Assembly (NCBI GenBank): GCA_046296715.1
Contig: JBKBIN010000006.1
Span: 1-64,000 of the forward strand
Direction: 5' to 3'
Source of the DNA: Candidatus Ratteibacteria bacterium
GTDB lineage: Bacteria; Ratteibacteria; UBA8468; B48-G9; JAFGKM01
Length of the DNA: 64,000 nucleotides
The position numbers were made by a program, and so were the translations under genes. The notes under the pieces are model-generated. The model saw nothing but the letters and a program-made list of their open reading frames with translations, was not told where the DNA came from and did not search any database. Of this stretch, positions 40,740 to 50,426 are shown one piece after another (the first letter of the stretch is position 1; each line of letters starts with the position of its first letter).

Positions 40740-41756
40740 TTATATTTTTATTTTTTCTTTTAAAATCTCAGTTAAAACTTTCCTTTTATCAATCTTTCCT
40801 ATACAGCCACTTATACATCTTCCGCATCCAGTACAACCAATAATACCAAAATTTTTTTTCATATACCAGTATTTACATAATAATCTATTTGCATATCTAT
40901 CATATAAAGTTGGTCTTGGTGTTTCACCAGAAGCCATTTTTGCATATCCTGGGAATAGACAACTATCCCAAACTTTAACTTTCTTAAAATTACCATTATC
41001 ACTTGTATCTTCAAGTAGAAAACAGACACAAGTAGGACAATTAAAAGTACAACTCCCACATGAGACACAATTTCTTACATCATTGATTTTTTCCCAATAT
41101 TCTCTTTCATACATACCTTCTAAATTCTCAAAATTTTTTATATTAAAACTTCTATTAACTTCTTCCAATTTCTCTAAAACTTTTTTTCTATCTTCTTCTA
41201 AGTTTTTAATTTGTGTCTCATTTACCTGATAAAATCTTGTATCATTTCCTATAAATTCTCTTCCTTTTTCACTTCCGATTTCTACAATAAATCCATTTTC
41301 AATCTTGCTTAAATTTAAATCAAAGTTTTTTTCAGGATAGGGCTTAACTCCAACAAGACTACAAAAACAACTATTATATGGCTCTTTACAATCAACACTT
41401 ATTATCAACAAATTTTCTCTTCTTTTAATATAATTTGAATCTTTATAATCCCCTTTCAGAAAAACAAAATCAAGTATTTCAAGTCCTTGCAAATCACAAG
41501 AAGTTGCTCCCATAATAACAATCTTTTCCATCTCTTCAATTTCAGGAACTACAAATTCTTTAATTGGATACAAAAATAATTTTAATGGTTCTACTGTTCT
41601 TGCTCTATCATAAACAACTTTTTCTAAATTTTCTTCATTCAAAATTTCATAAAATAAGAAATTATTATTTTCAATAGGTGCATATATTTTATTTTTTTCT
41701 AACTTTCCCTTTATAAATCCTTGCCACTCTTTAAATTTTATATATAATTTTTCCAT
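40740..41756 (-). CDS. AsrA / sulfhydrogenase beta-like Fe-S protein
   Basis: SCDL, CFC, CVSCGSCTFNCPTCVCF, WDSC and CTGCGRCISGC motifs. Confidence 0.9.
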   Translation of the reverse strand: MEKLYIKFKEWQGFIKGKLEKNKIYAPIENNNFLFYEILNEENLEKVVYDRARTVEPLKLFLYPIKEFVVPEIEEMEKIVIMGATSCDLQGLEILDFVFLKGDYKDSNYIKRRENLLIISVDCKEPYNSCFCSLVGVKPYPEKNFDLNLSKIENGFIVEIGSEKGREFIGNDTRFYQVNETQIKNLEEDRKKVLEKLEEVNRSFNIKNFENLEGMYEREYWEKINDVRNCVSCGSCTFNCPTCVCFLLEDTSDNGNFKKVKVWDSCLFPGYAKMASGETPRPTLYDRYANRLLCKYWYMKKNFGIIGCTGCGRCISGCIGKIDKRKVLTEILKEKIKI

Positions 41757-41774
41757 TTGTGAATTTTTTCACAA
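41757..41774. promoter_or_regulatory. Rex-type operator, copy 1 (abuts the operon start codon)
   Basis: TTGTGAA-TTTT-TTCACAA, a perfect match to the Rex consensus TTGTGAA-N4-TTCACAA. Confidence 0.8.
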
Positions 41775-41846
41775 ATTTTAAATTTATTTTATACATAAAA
41801 TTTTTTTTGTCAAATTTTTTTGGCTCCAATTTCATATTTATTCCAT

Positions 41847-41864
41847 TTGTGAATTTTTTCACAA
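41847..41864. promoter_or_regulatory. Rex-type operator, copy 2
   Basis: Identical palindrome TTGTGAATTTTTTCACAA; each copy lies downstream of TTGACA-16bp-TAAAAT on the minus strand. Confidence 0.8.
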
Positions 41865-42023
41865 ATTTTGAATTTATTTTATACACAAAATTTTTTTTGT
41901 CAAATATTCATTTCTTTCGTTATTATTTTAGAAATTTATTTATAAGTCATCTATTCTATATTCTATTTTTTACAGATTTTTCTTACAAAGGCAATATCTT
42001 CTGGTTTTTGGCAGAATAAAAAA

Positions 42024-42276
42024 AGATTTTAATGCTTTGATAGCAAAGAGAGTGTGCTGATGAAAATAGTTAGCAAGTATTACTGCAGCCATATTATATT
42101 CAAGAAATTTATCATAATTAGTATATATAGAAAACATTTAATTTTTTCTCTGTTTCTTATAATTTTTCTTCCTATGTATCGCAAATTACAACAATCTTCA
42201 TTCCAGCATATTTGGCATTCATAGCAAAACTCATTCCTCTTCCTACTCCAACAACTCCAACTTTTATTTCTTTCAT
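42024..42276 (-). pseudogene. Decayed 5' fragment of a Gfo/Idh/MocA oxidoreductase
   Basis: MKEIKVGVVGVGRG...ICDT*EEKL*..., then after a frameshift YTNYDKFLE..AVILANYFHQH..FAIKALK; truncated. Confidence 0.8.
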
Positions 42277-42291
42277 AATACACATCCAAAA

Positions 42292-43278
42292 TTATTTTAT
42301 AGAAATAGGTCTTCTTGTGATAGCAGACCTTTTAATTGCTTCACATACCTTCAGTGCATAAAGTCCTTCTTGCCCGCCAACATCTGGTCTGGTATTATTT
42401 TTAATGCAATCAACAAAATGTCTTATTTCTTGATAAAAACCATCTGCTTGTTCAAATTGTTTCTCAAAAACTTGCGAAGGATTATTGCGGTAAATATATT
42501 TTAAATTCATTGGCATATCAAATGGACCATCAACATCACAAATTACTTTTTCTGTTGCAAATGATAATTGTTCCCTTGCTATACTCCACTCTGACGCATA
42601 ACCGGCACCTATTCCCGCAATAGCACCATTTTCAAACCTTATTGTAAAAATAGCAGTATCAATTTGTGGTGAAAATTCTGGCATAAAAAAATTTCCACCT
42701 TCAGCGTATACTGTCTTAACTTTACCAAGAAGAAAGCAAAGAATATCAACCATATGTACCGTATTTTCCCTAATTGGTCCGCCACCATCATTTTCATCCC
42801 AGAACCATTTTTTTTCAACTCTACCAAGAGCAAATTTTGCTAAAATCCATTTTGGCAATCCAAAATCTTTTTCAAAAGAATTTTTCAAAAATTTATATGC
42901 TGGAGAAAATCTTTTTTTGAAACCTATCATAAGAAAAACCTTGTTCTTCTCACAAACATCTATCATCTTTTTGCAATCAGAAATTTTTGGTGCCATTGGT
43001 TTCTCACAAAGAATATGGACTTTGTGATTAGCAAAAATTTTTGTTAAAGGGAAATGGGATAAAGGAGGCGTGCAGATACTAACTCCATCAGGTTTGGTTT
43101 GTTTCAAAAGGTCTTCAACTGAAGTAAATGTTTTAATTTTAAATTCCTGAAAGACCTCTTTCAAAATCTCAGGATTTGTATCAACTGCTCCAACAATTTC
43201 AACATCTGGCATTTGCTGATAATATTTAATATGTGTCTTCCCTATACCAAGTCCTACAACTGCGATTTTAACTTTCAT
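42292..43278 (-). CDS. Gfo/Idh/MocA family oxidoreductase
   Basis: IAVVGLGIG, HILCEKPMA, GFKKRF and GGGPIRENTVH motifs; start MKVK at 43278. Confidence 0.9.
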   Translation of the reverse strand: MKVKIAVVGLGIGKTHIKYYQQMPDVEIVGAVDTNPEILKEVFQEFKIKTFTSVEDLLKQTKPDGVSICTPPLSHFPLTKIFANHKVHILCEKPMAPKISDCKKMIDVCEKNKVFLMIGFKKRFSPAYKFLKNSFEKDFGLPKWILAKFALGRVEKKWFWDENDGGGPIRENTVHMVDILCFLLGKVKTVYAEGGNFFMPEFSPQIDTAIFTIRFENGAIAGIGAGYASEWSIAREQLSFATEKVICDVDGPFDMPMNLKYIYRNNPSQVFEKQFEQADGFYQEIRHFVDCIKNNTRPDVGGQEGLYALKVCEAIKRSAITRRPISIK

Positions 43279-43669
43279 AATTTTTCTCCAGTTTTTTAAG
43301 ATTCTCAAAACATTTTTTAGCAACAGAATAAGGTTCTTCACCCCATAATTTTTCATTAAAAAGTTCAAGAGAATAATAACCGCTAAATCCAGAATTTTGA
43401 AGTTTTTTTATAATTGTTTCAAGTGGAATAATTCCTTCCTCTAAAAATATTCTATCTTTGTTAATAAGAGTTTTTCTTGATTTTTCAAAAACATTATTAA
43501 TGTGAAAAAAAATTTCATTTCCTTCAACATAATCAATAACCTCAGCTAAATACTTTTTTAACTTCGGTAACCATATTTCAATTGCTTTAAAACCTGCCTT
43601 TGAATATGCCTTAATATCTGTCTTAAAGTCTGTTGTAAGTGTTGTTGCCTGATTAATTGCAAATCTCAT
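43268..43669 (-). pseudogene. Internally deleted IolI-like sugar-phosphate isomerase/epimerase
   Basis: N-terminal INQATT..GFKAIEIW fused directly to C-terminal FHIN..DRIF..G..GFSGYYSLELFN; 133 aa, about half of a TIM barrel. Confidence 0.7.
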
Positions 43670-43701
43670 TCTTTTTTCTCCTTTTAATAAATTGTTAATT
43701 T

Positions 43702-45099
43702 TTATTCATGAAGATAGATTGGCCAGTTTTTATATTTAAAAAGGGATTCAAAAACTGCGGCCTTAACTTTTGATAGATTTATTACTGTATGATGTTCAAA
43801 TCCATTTTCACATATAATTTTAAGAAGTCTCTGCAAATCATTTATTTTCGCTACTCCCACTCCACCAAAAGTATTTATTTCGTCATCAGTCAGTTCTCCT
43901 TCCCCAAGATATCCCTTTATACAACCCATATTCTCATCAGTTGAAAGACGAAGAAATGTAAAAGAAGAACTTTTAATATTACCTACAACTGCACCATACG
44001 CATTTTCTTTTCCTACACTTGTTGATATTATTTCTTGATAACTTATTTTTGATTTTTCCAAAACTGAAACAGGGAAATTACTACAATGGAATAATACAAC
44101 TTTATCTTTTTCATTTTTATAATTATTATTTAAATCAACTATTGCACTTGGTAAATCTGAAGCAGTTTGAAGAATATACATACTTAACGTTCCTGTTATA
44201 TCAACTTCACAGGCAGAGGGAACTAAACAATTAGATAAATAACTTAAAACTACACAAGGAACTATGCCAAAATTTTCTTCTATAGATGTCCAGCACTGAA
44301 ATCCAATACCTTTTATATCATTTTGATAAATCCAATCTTCAATTACAATTTTTAATTTAGCAAATTTTATTAACGAGTGAATTGGAACTTCTTTGCTTTC
44401 AATATAATCTCTGAATTTTTTTATCTCATCTTTTACTTTCTTGTCATCATCCTTTATCTTTGAAATCCTTGCAAAAACTTCAGATAAATCTAAAACATCA
44501 ACACTTATCCCATTTTTCTCAAGTATTTTTTCACTGTATCTAACTGTTTTAAATGCATCTGGCCGTGTTCCTATTGCTCCAAGTTTTAAATTTTTAAGTC
44601 CTTTTAGAATTTTACATATCTTTTCAAATTTTTCTATATCTTCATTAAACTCTTCACTTTCTACTTCTTCTACATGGTTTAATGTTAAAGTAAATTTAAT
44701 TCCATATTGATATAAAACATTACAAACAGAGATCTTACCACAGAAACTGTCTCTTCTATTTTTTACATCCATTTTATTTATATCATCAGGGAAAGCATGT
44801 ATTAAAATAGGAACAGAAAGCCCTGATAACTTTATTGTATCAGCGACACTTCTTTCATCTCCAAAATTTGGTAAACTTACTATAATTCCATCTACTTTAT
44901 TTTTTGAGAATAATTCTGCACATTTCTTTGCATCCTGATATGTTTCAACACTTCCAAATTTAGTATCATTTTCTGATAAATAAACCAGTTCAAATTTCCT
45001 ACTTAAACTTTTTATTAATTTTTCTCTTCCTTCTTTGCAGAGATGGTCAGGAAAAAATCCCCTATTTCCAATTATCAAACCTATTTTTAATTTTTCCAT
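43702..45099 (-). CDS. L-fucose/L-arabinose isomerase family protein
   Basis: NRGFFP, NFGDE, RRDSFCGKIS, QCW, ACEVD, FHCSN and GFEHH motifs. Confidence 0.88.
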   Translation of the reverse strand: MEKLKIGLIIGNRGFFPDHLCKEGREKLIKSLSRKFELVYLSENDTKFGSVETYQDAKKCAELFSKNKVDGIIVSLPNFGDERSVADTIKLSGLSVPILIHAFPDDINKMDVKNRRDSFCGKISVCNVLYQYGIKFTLTLNHVEEVESEEFNEDIEKFEKICKILKGLKNLKLGAIGTRPDAFKTVRYSEKILEKNGISVDVLDLSEVFARISKIKDDDKKVKDEIKKFRDYIESKEVPIHSLIKFAKLKIVIEDWIYQNDIKGIGFQCWTSIEENFGIVPCVVLSYLSNCLVPSACEVDITGTLSMYILQTASDLPSAIVDLNNNYKNEKDKVVLFHCSNFPVSVLEKSKISYQEIISTSVGKENAYGAVVGNIKSSSFTFLRLSTDENMGCIKGYLGEGELTDDEINTFGGVGVAKINDLQRLLKIICENGFEHHTVINLSKVKAAVFESLFKYKNWPIYLHE

Positions 45100-45222
45100 T
45101 TTTCCCTCCTGAGTTATCTTTAATTTACTATATTAATAAAAAATTGTAAAATTATGGCAAAGGAATTTTGATTTAACTTAAAATAGAAATTTTGGATAAA
45201 TCAATTAAAAAGGGGAGGAAAA

Positions 45223-46413
45223 ATGAAGATTGTAATTGCTTATTCAGGCGGACTTGACACCTCAGTTGCAATAAGATACTTAAAAGAGAAATATAATGCT
45301 GAAATAATTGCTTATACTGCAAATATAGGACAAAAAATGGAATCACCTGAGATACTTGAAGAAAGGGCTAAAAAGGCAGGAGCAAAAAAGTTTTATTATG
45401 AAGATTTAAGAGAAAAATTTGTAAAAGAGTATATCATTCCAGCACTTAAAGCAGGTGCAATTTATCAAGATAAATATCCACTCGCAACATCTTTATCAAG
45501 ACCATTAATTGCAGAAGGAGTAATAAAAATTGCTAAAAAAGAGAAGGCAGATGCAGTTAGTCATGGATGTACTGGAAAAGGAAATGACCAGGTAAGATTT
45601 GAACTTACATTTAAGTATCTTGCCCCAGATTTGAAAGTTATAGCACCTTTAAGAGAATGGGAATTTAAATCAAGAGAACAAGAAATTGAATATGCAAAAG
45701 AAAAAGGTATACCAATAAGCACTTCTAAGGAAAAACCATATAGTATAGATGAAAATTTATGGGGAATATCTATTGAGTGTGGGGTTCTTGAAAATCCTTG
45801 GGTTGAACCACCTGAAGATGCATATCAGATAACAAACTCTCCTGAAAAAGCACCAGACAAACCAGAATATATAGAAATTGGGTTTGAAAAAGGTATTTTT
45901 GTCTCATTAAATAATGAAAAACTAAATCAGATAGAAATAATTGAAAAATTAACAAAAATTGGAGCAAGACATGGAGTAGGAAGAATTGATATGATAGAGG
46001 ATAGATTGGTTGGAATAAAATCAAGAGAAATATATGAAGCACCTGCAGCAGTAATTCTACATACAGCACATAATGAAATTGAAAAACTTGTATTTTCAAG
46101 AGAACTTTATGAATTTAAGAAAATTGTATCTATAAGATATTCCCAACTTGTTTATTTTGGACAGTGGTTTTCAGAGTTGAAGAAATGTCTTGACAAATTT
46201 GTTGAAGAAACACAGAAATATGTTTATGGTAAAGTGAGAATAAAATTATATAAAGGAAATTGTATTGTTGTTGGAAGAAGTTCCCCCTATTCTTTATATA
46301 AAGAAGAACTTGCAACCTATACAGAAAAAGATATATTTGACCATAAAGCATCAAATGGTTTTATTGAAATTTTTGGACTAACAAGTAAATTGGAAGGAGA
46401 AAGAGAAAAATGA
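45223..46413 (+). CDS. argG: Argininosuccinate synthase
   Basis: AYSGGLDTS, HGCTGKGNDQVRFE, SIDENLWG and GIKSREIYEAP motifs. Confidence 0.98.
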   Translation: MKIVIAYSGGLDTSVAIRYLKEKYNAEIIAYTANIGQKMESPEILEERAKKAGAKKFYYEDLREKFVKEYIIPALKAGAIYQDKYPLATSLSRPLIAEGVIKIAKKEKADAVSHGCTGKGNDQVRFELTFKYLAPDLKVIAPLREWEFKSREQEIEYAKEKGIPISTSKEKPYSIDENLWGISIECGVLENPWVEPPEDAYQITNSPEKAPDKPEYIEIGFEKGIFVSLNNEKLNQIEIIEKLTKIGARHGVGRIDMIEDRLVGIKSREIYEAPAAVILHTAHNEIEKLVFSRELYEFKKIVSIRYSQLVYFGQWFSELKKCLDKFVEETQKYVYGKVRIKLYKGNCIVVGRSSPYSLYKEELATYTEKDIFDHKASNGFIEIFGLTSKLEGEREK

Positions 46414-47492
46414 AAAATAAGAAAATTAAATTAGAAGAAAAAGAAAAAAATACACAAAATTTTCTAAAATCTGTTCTTTTCCAATATCCTGAAAAAATAC
46501 CTGTAAGTGTTGGGTTTTTGCCTGCTACATGGTTTAAATATGGAGAAAAACTGGAAGAAATAGTTCTTTCACATCCAAATATCTTTCCAAATTATAAAAA
46601 GGGAAGTTTTAAAAATATTAAACTTTCCCCAGAATATAAAAAGGGAATAGTTAAAGATGTCTGGGGTATAACATGGGAAAATTTACAAGAAGGGATTTGT
46701 GGCGCTCCTGTTGAACAATTTGCTCCTTTGAAAAATTGGGATGACTTTGAAAAATTTAAAATTCCAGACCCTTTAAAATATGACAGATTTGGAAACAAAA
46801 TAGATTGGGAGCAAATGAAAGAAGAAATTGAAAAAATTAAAAAAGAGGGGAAAATTGCTGGTGGTGGATTATTTCATGGCTCTATGTATATGCAACTTTA
46901 TTATTTAAGAGGATTTGAAAATTTTATGATTGATATTGCAACAGATGATCCAAAATTAAAAAAACTTATTGATATTGTCCTTGAATATAATATGAAAATT
47001 ATTGAAAAATATATTGAAATTGGAGTTGAATGGATGAGTTTTGGAGATGACTTAGGTTTACAAAAATCATTACCAATAAGTCCTTTTAAATGGAGAAAAT
47101 ATATAAAACCACCTTATAAAAAAATGTTTGAAAAATGTATTGAAAATAATATTATTGTTTATCTTCATTCAGATGGATATATTCTTGATATAATACCTGA
47201 CTTAATTGAATCTGGACTTGATATGATAAATCCACAAATTAGACCAAACACATTAAAAGGAATTGAAAAATATTGTAAAGGGAAAATTGCTATAAATCTT
47301 GACCTTGATAGACAACTATTTCCATTTGCAACAAAAGAACAAATTGAAACCCATATTAAAGAAGCAATAGATACACTTGCTTTACCAGAAGGGGGTCTAT
47401 CTTTAAGTGTAGAAATTGGTCCTGATGTCCCTCTTGAAACATTGGAAATTATTTGTAATACACTTGAAAAATTAAACTGCCAAGGTCGGTAA
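46410..47492 (+). CDS. Uroporphyrinogen decarboxylase / MtaA-like methyltransferase family protein
   Basis: LRGFENFMID, FGDDLG.Q, LHSDG and IIPDLIE.G motifs. Confidence 0.82.
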   Translation: MKNKKIKLEEKEKNTQNFLKSVLFQYPEKIPVSVGFLPATWFKYGEKLEEIVLSHPNIFPNYKKGSFKNIKLSPEYKKGIVKDVWGITWENLQEGICGAPVEQFAPLKNWDDFEKFKIPDPLKYDRFGNKIDWEQMKEEIEKIKKEGKIAGGGLFHGSMYMQLYYLRGFENFMIDIATDDPKLKKLIDIVLEYNMKIIEKYIEIGVEWMSFGDDLGLQKSLPISPFKWRKYIKPPYKKMFEKCIENNIIVYLHSDGYILDIIPDLIESGLDMINPQIRPNTLKGIEKYCKGKIAINLDLDRQLFPFATKEQIETHIKEAIDTLALPEGGLSLSVEIGPDVPLETLEIICNTLEKLNCQGR

Positions 47493-47495
47493 AAA

Positions 47496-48188
47496 ATGAA
47501 AATTTATGTAGGAACAAGTGGATGGTTGTATAGTTGGAATCAAGGACAAAATTTTGAATGGTATGTAGAAAATTCAAACTTAAATTCAGTAGAAATCAAT
47601 GTCTCTTTTTATAGATTTCCTTTTCAGAATCAGATAAAGGGATGGTTAAAAAGGGCGAAAAATATAAATTTTTCAATAAAAGTCCACAGGAAGATAACTC
47701 ATATTTTAAAATTAAGTGAAGAAAGTTTGAGTATCTGGAACGACTTTAAAAATTTATTTTTGCCTCTTGATAAAAAAATTAGTTTTTATCTTTTCCAGAT
47801 GCCTCCAAGTTTTTCTATTGAATTTTTTGATAGAGTGAAAAAATTTTTTGAAAATTTTAAGGAAAAAGAAAGATTTGCAATAGAATTTAGAAATAAAAGT
47901 TGGTTTTCTGAAGAATGGGTGAAAAAAATAGAAGATCTTGGCCTTATATTTGTAAGTGTTGATAGTCCGGAAATTAAATCATTTATAGTCAAAACAAATG
48001 GAACAATTTACTTAAGATTTCATGGAAGGGAAAGTTGGTACTCACATAATTATACAGAACAAGAATTGAAAGAAGTTATTTTAAAAATAAAAAATTTAAA
48101 ACCAGAAAGAATTTATACTTACTTTAACAATAATCACAGTATGCTTTCAAATGCACAAAAATTTTACAGTATGTTAAAAACCCTTTAA
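47496..48188 (+). CDS. DUF72 (YecE-like) protein
   Basis: YVGTSGW, SVEINVSFYRFP, KVHRKITH, LFQMPPSF, IEFR, YLRFHG and YFNN motifs. Confidence 0.92.
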   Translation: MKIYVGTSGWLYSWNQGQNFEWYVENSNLNSVEINVSFYRFPFQNQIKGWLKRAKNINFSIKVHRKITHILKLSEESLSIWNDFKNLFLPLDKKISFYLFQMPPSFSIEFFDRVKKFFENFKEKERFAIEFRNKSWFSEEWVKKIEDLGLIFVSVDSPEIKSFIVKTNGTIYLRFHGRESWYSHNYTEQELKEVILKIKNLKPERIYTYFNNNHSMLSNAQKFYSMLKTL

Positions 48189-48192
48189 TAGT

Positions 48193-49527
48193 ATGATAAG
48201 AAATATAAAAGATTTATTTGGAAAAAGTTTTAAATGTGAATTGTGTGGCAATATTCATAGAATTGAAATTAAAGAAATAAAAAATGGAAAAATTAGGAAT
48301 ATTGAAAAATTTATCTCAAAAATTTTAAAAGAAAAAAAAATACTTATATTATGCGATGAGATTACTTGGGAAGTTGCTGGAAAATATATAAAAGAACAAA
48401 TTAAAAGCAATATTCCAATTACTTTGATTTTAAAACCAAAAAATGAAAAAAGATTGACTGCAAGATATGATTATATTGAGGAAATTGAAAAAAATATTCA
48501 AGATATATCTTTAATTATAACAGTTGGAGCAGGAACAATTACAGATTTAGGAAAGTTAATAGGTGATAAATATAAAATTCCTGTTTTTTCTTTTCCAACA
48601 GCACCTTCAATGAATGGTTATACTTCTCCAGTTGCAGCATTTATAAAAGACGGAGTTAAATTAACAATTCCTGTCAGTCCTCCAAAATTTGTATATATAG
48701 ATAGAGAAATACTATTAAATGCTCCAATAGAATTGATTAAAGCAGGATTTGCTGATTCTCTTGCTAAATCTTTTGCAAATGCTGATTGGAAATTATCAAC
48801 TATTTTAACTGGAGGAAAGTTTTGTTTGCTTCCATTAAAAATTTTAAGTGCTAAAGAAAAAAAATATATTAACAAAGGAAATCTTTTATTAAAAAGAGAC
48901 AAAAAAATTATTATAAATCTTATTGATGGACTTAATCTTGGTGGAATCTCAATGATTATTGCAGGAAATTCATCACCTGCTTCAGGAGGGGAACATTTAA
49001 TTTCTCATTTTCTTGATATGTACGCGTGTCAGAACAATAGAGAATTATTTTCATTTCATGGTTTGCAAGTTGGAACTGGTGTTTATTTAAGTTCTTTAAT
49101 TTACGAAAGATTGAAACAATTAAATGATTTTGAAATAAGCAAAATGATGAATAAAAGACATATTGATTACGATGAAAAAGAAAAAATTTTAATATCTATA
49201 TTTCCGTCAAGTAAAAATTTATTGGAAGATATTTTTAAGAAAAAGATTAATAATGTTAAAAAAATGAAAACTAAACTTGTTGAAGAATGGGAAAATATCA
49301 AAAAAAACGTATTTCCAATAGTTTATACACCAGAAAAAATAAAAAATTTTTTAAGTAAAGCAAATTGTCCAATTCATTTAAAGGAATTAGTATCTGAGAA
49401 AAACTTAATTTATAAAACATTGTTATTTTCAAGATTTATCAGGGATAAAATAACTATATTAGATATCGCTGATGAAATTGGAATACTTGAAGATATTGCA
49501 AATGAATATATAAAGGGAAATATATGA
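48193..49527 (+). CDS. sn-glycerol-1-phosphate dehydrogenase (AraM/EgsA-like)
   Basis: CELCGNIH, VGAGTITDLGK, PTAPSMNGYTS, SSPASGGEHLISH and HGLQVG motifs. Confidence 0.88.
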   Translation: MIRNIKDLFGKSFKCELCGNIHRIEIKEIKNGKIRNIEKFISKILKEKKILILCDEITWEVAGKYIKEQIKSNIPITLILKPKNEKRLTARYDYIEEIEKNIQDISLIITVGAGTITDLGKLIGDKYKIPVFSFPTAPSMNGYTSPVAAFIKDGVKLTIPVSPPKFVYIDREILLNAPIELIKAGFADSLAKSFANADWKLSTILTGGKFCLLPLKILSAKEKKYINKGNLLLKRDKKIIINLIDGLNLGGISMIIAGNSSPASGGEHLISHFLDMYACQNNRELFSFHGLQVGTGVYLSSLIYERLKQLNDFEISKMMNKRHIDYDEKEKILISIFPSSKNLLEDIFKKKINNVKKMKTKLVEEWENIKKNVFPIVYTPEKIKNFLSKANCPIHLKELVSEKNLIYKTLLFSRFIRDKITILDIADEIGILEDIANEYIKGNI

Positions 49528-50417
49528 AGGAAAAAGAAATAATAGAATTTCTAAAAAAAAACTTTAAGAAAAAAGAAGCAATTGTAGGGATTGGAGACGA
49601 TTGTGCAGTTATTGAATATAAAAAAGATTATTTTTTAATACTAACAACAGATTGTCTTTTTGAAAATGTCCATTTTAAACTTGAAAAATTTACATGGTAC
49701 CAAATTGGGAAAAAAGCAATTGCTGTGAATTTGAGTGATATATGTGCAATGGGTGGAATTCCTAAATTTGCTTTAATTTCTCTTGGTTTACCAAAAGCAG
49801 ATAAGGAAATAATTAAAAATTTAACAAAATCAATTAACCAAATGTGCAAAAAATATAAATTTGAAGTTATTGGAGGGAATTTAACAAAATCTGAAAAAAA
49901 TTTTATTGATATTTTTATGATAGGAATAGTAGAGAAAAAATATTTAAAAACAAGAACAGGTGCAAAACCTCATGACTTAATATATGTGACTGGAACTTTT
50001 GGTGGTTCTCAAATAAAAAAGCAATTTAATTTAAATCCACCTGTTTTTGAAATTCAAAAATTGATAAAAAAATTTAAGATTAATAGTATGATAGATATTT
50101 CAGACGGCCTTTCTTCTGATTTAATAAAACTTGCTGAAAGCAGTAAAGTTGGTTTTAAATTATATCTTGAGAAAATACCAATATCAAAAGAAGCAAGAAA
50201 AATAAGTAAAGATGAAATTGAAGCAATAAAACATGCTTTGAATGATGGTGAGGACTATGAAATTTTATTTACTGCTCCAAAGAAAGAAAAAATTCCTGTA
50301 AGAATTGGAAAAATAAAAATTACAAAAATTGGAGAAATAACAAAACAGAAAAAATACATAGGAATTTATAAGAAAAATTTAGTTGAAATAAAAGATGAAG
50401 GTTTCTCTCATTTTTAA
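49524..50417 (+). CDS. thiL: Thiamine-monophosphate kinase
   Basis: GIGDDCAV, AVNLSDICAMGG, IDISDGL and GEDYEILFT motifs. Confidence 0.95.
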   Translation: MKEKEIIEFLKKNFKKKEAIVGIGDDCAVIEYKKDYFLILTTDCLFENVHFKLEKFTWYQIGKKAIAVNLSDICAMGGIPKFALISLGLPKADKEIIKNLTKSINQMCKKYKFEVIGGNLTKSEKNFIDIFMIGIVEKKYLKTRTGAKPHDLIYVTGTFGGSQIKKQFNLNPPVFEIQKLIKKFKINSMIDISDGLSSDLIKLAESSKVGFKLYLEKIPISKEARKISKDEIEAIKHALNDGEDYEILFTAPKKEKIPVRIGKIKITKIGEITKQKKYIGIYKKNLVEIKDEGFSHF

Positions 50418-50426
50418 AAATTTAAT

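Larger units (their letters stand above)
41751..41905. repeat. Direct repeat, 65 bp x2 (41751-41815 and 41841-41905, 2 mismatches), containing promoter, operator and start codon
   Basis: ttccatttgtgaattttttcacaaatttt[a/g]aatttattttataca[t/c]aaaattttttttgtcaaat repeated at a 90-bp period. Confidence 0.95.

Noticed and set aside
40678..41229. 183-aa plus-strand ORF and the many other 60-120 aa antisense ORFs in the track
   Set aside because: Shadow ORFs opposite well-supported genes; no SD, motifs or plausible composition
41751..41905. Two palindrome-containing repeats with a 25-bp spacer as a mini CRISPR array
   Set aside because: Unit is 65 bp, only two copies, and its content is fully explained as promoter plus Rex operator plus start codon
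42080..42289. 69-aa Cys/Trp-rich ORF that looks like a peptide precursor
   Set aside because: It is an off-frame reading of the decayed Gfo/Idh/MocA gene
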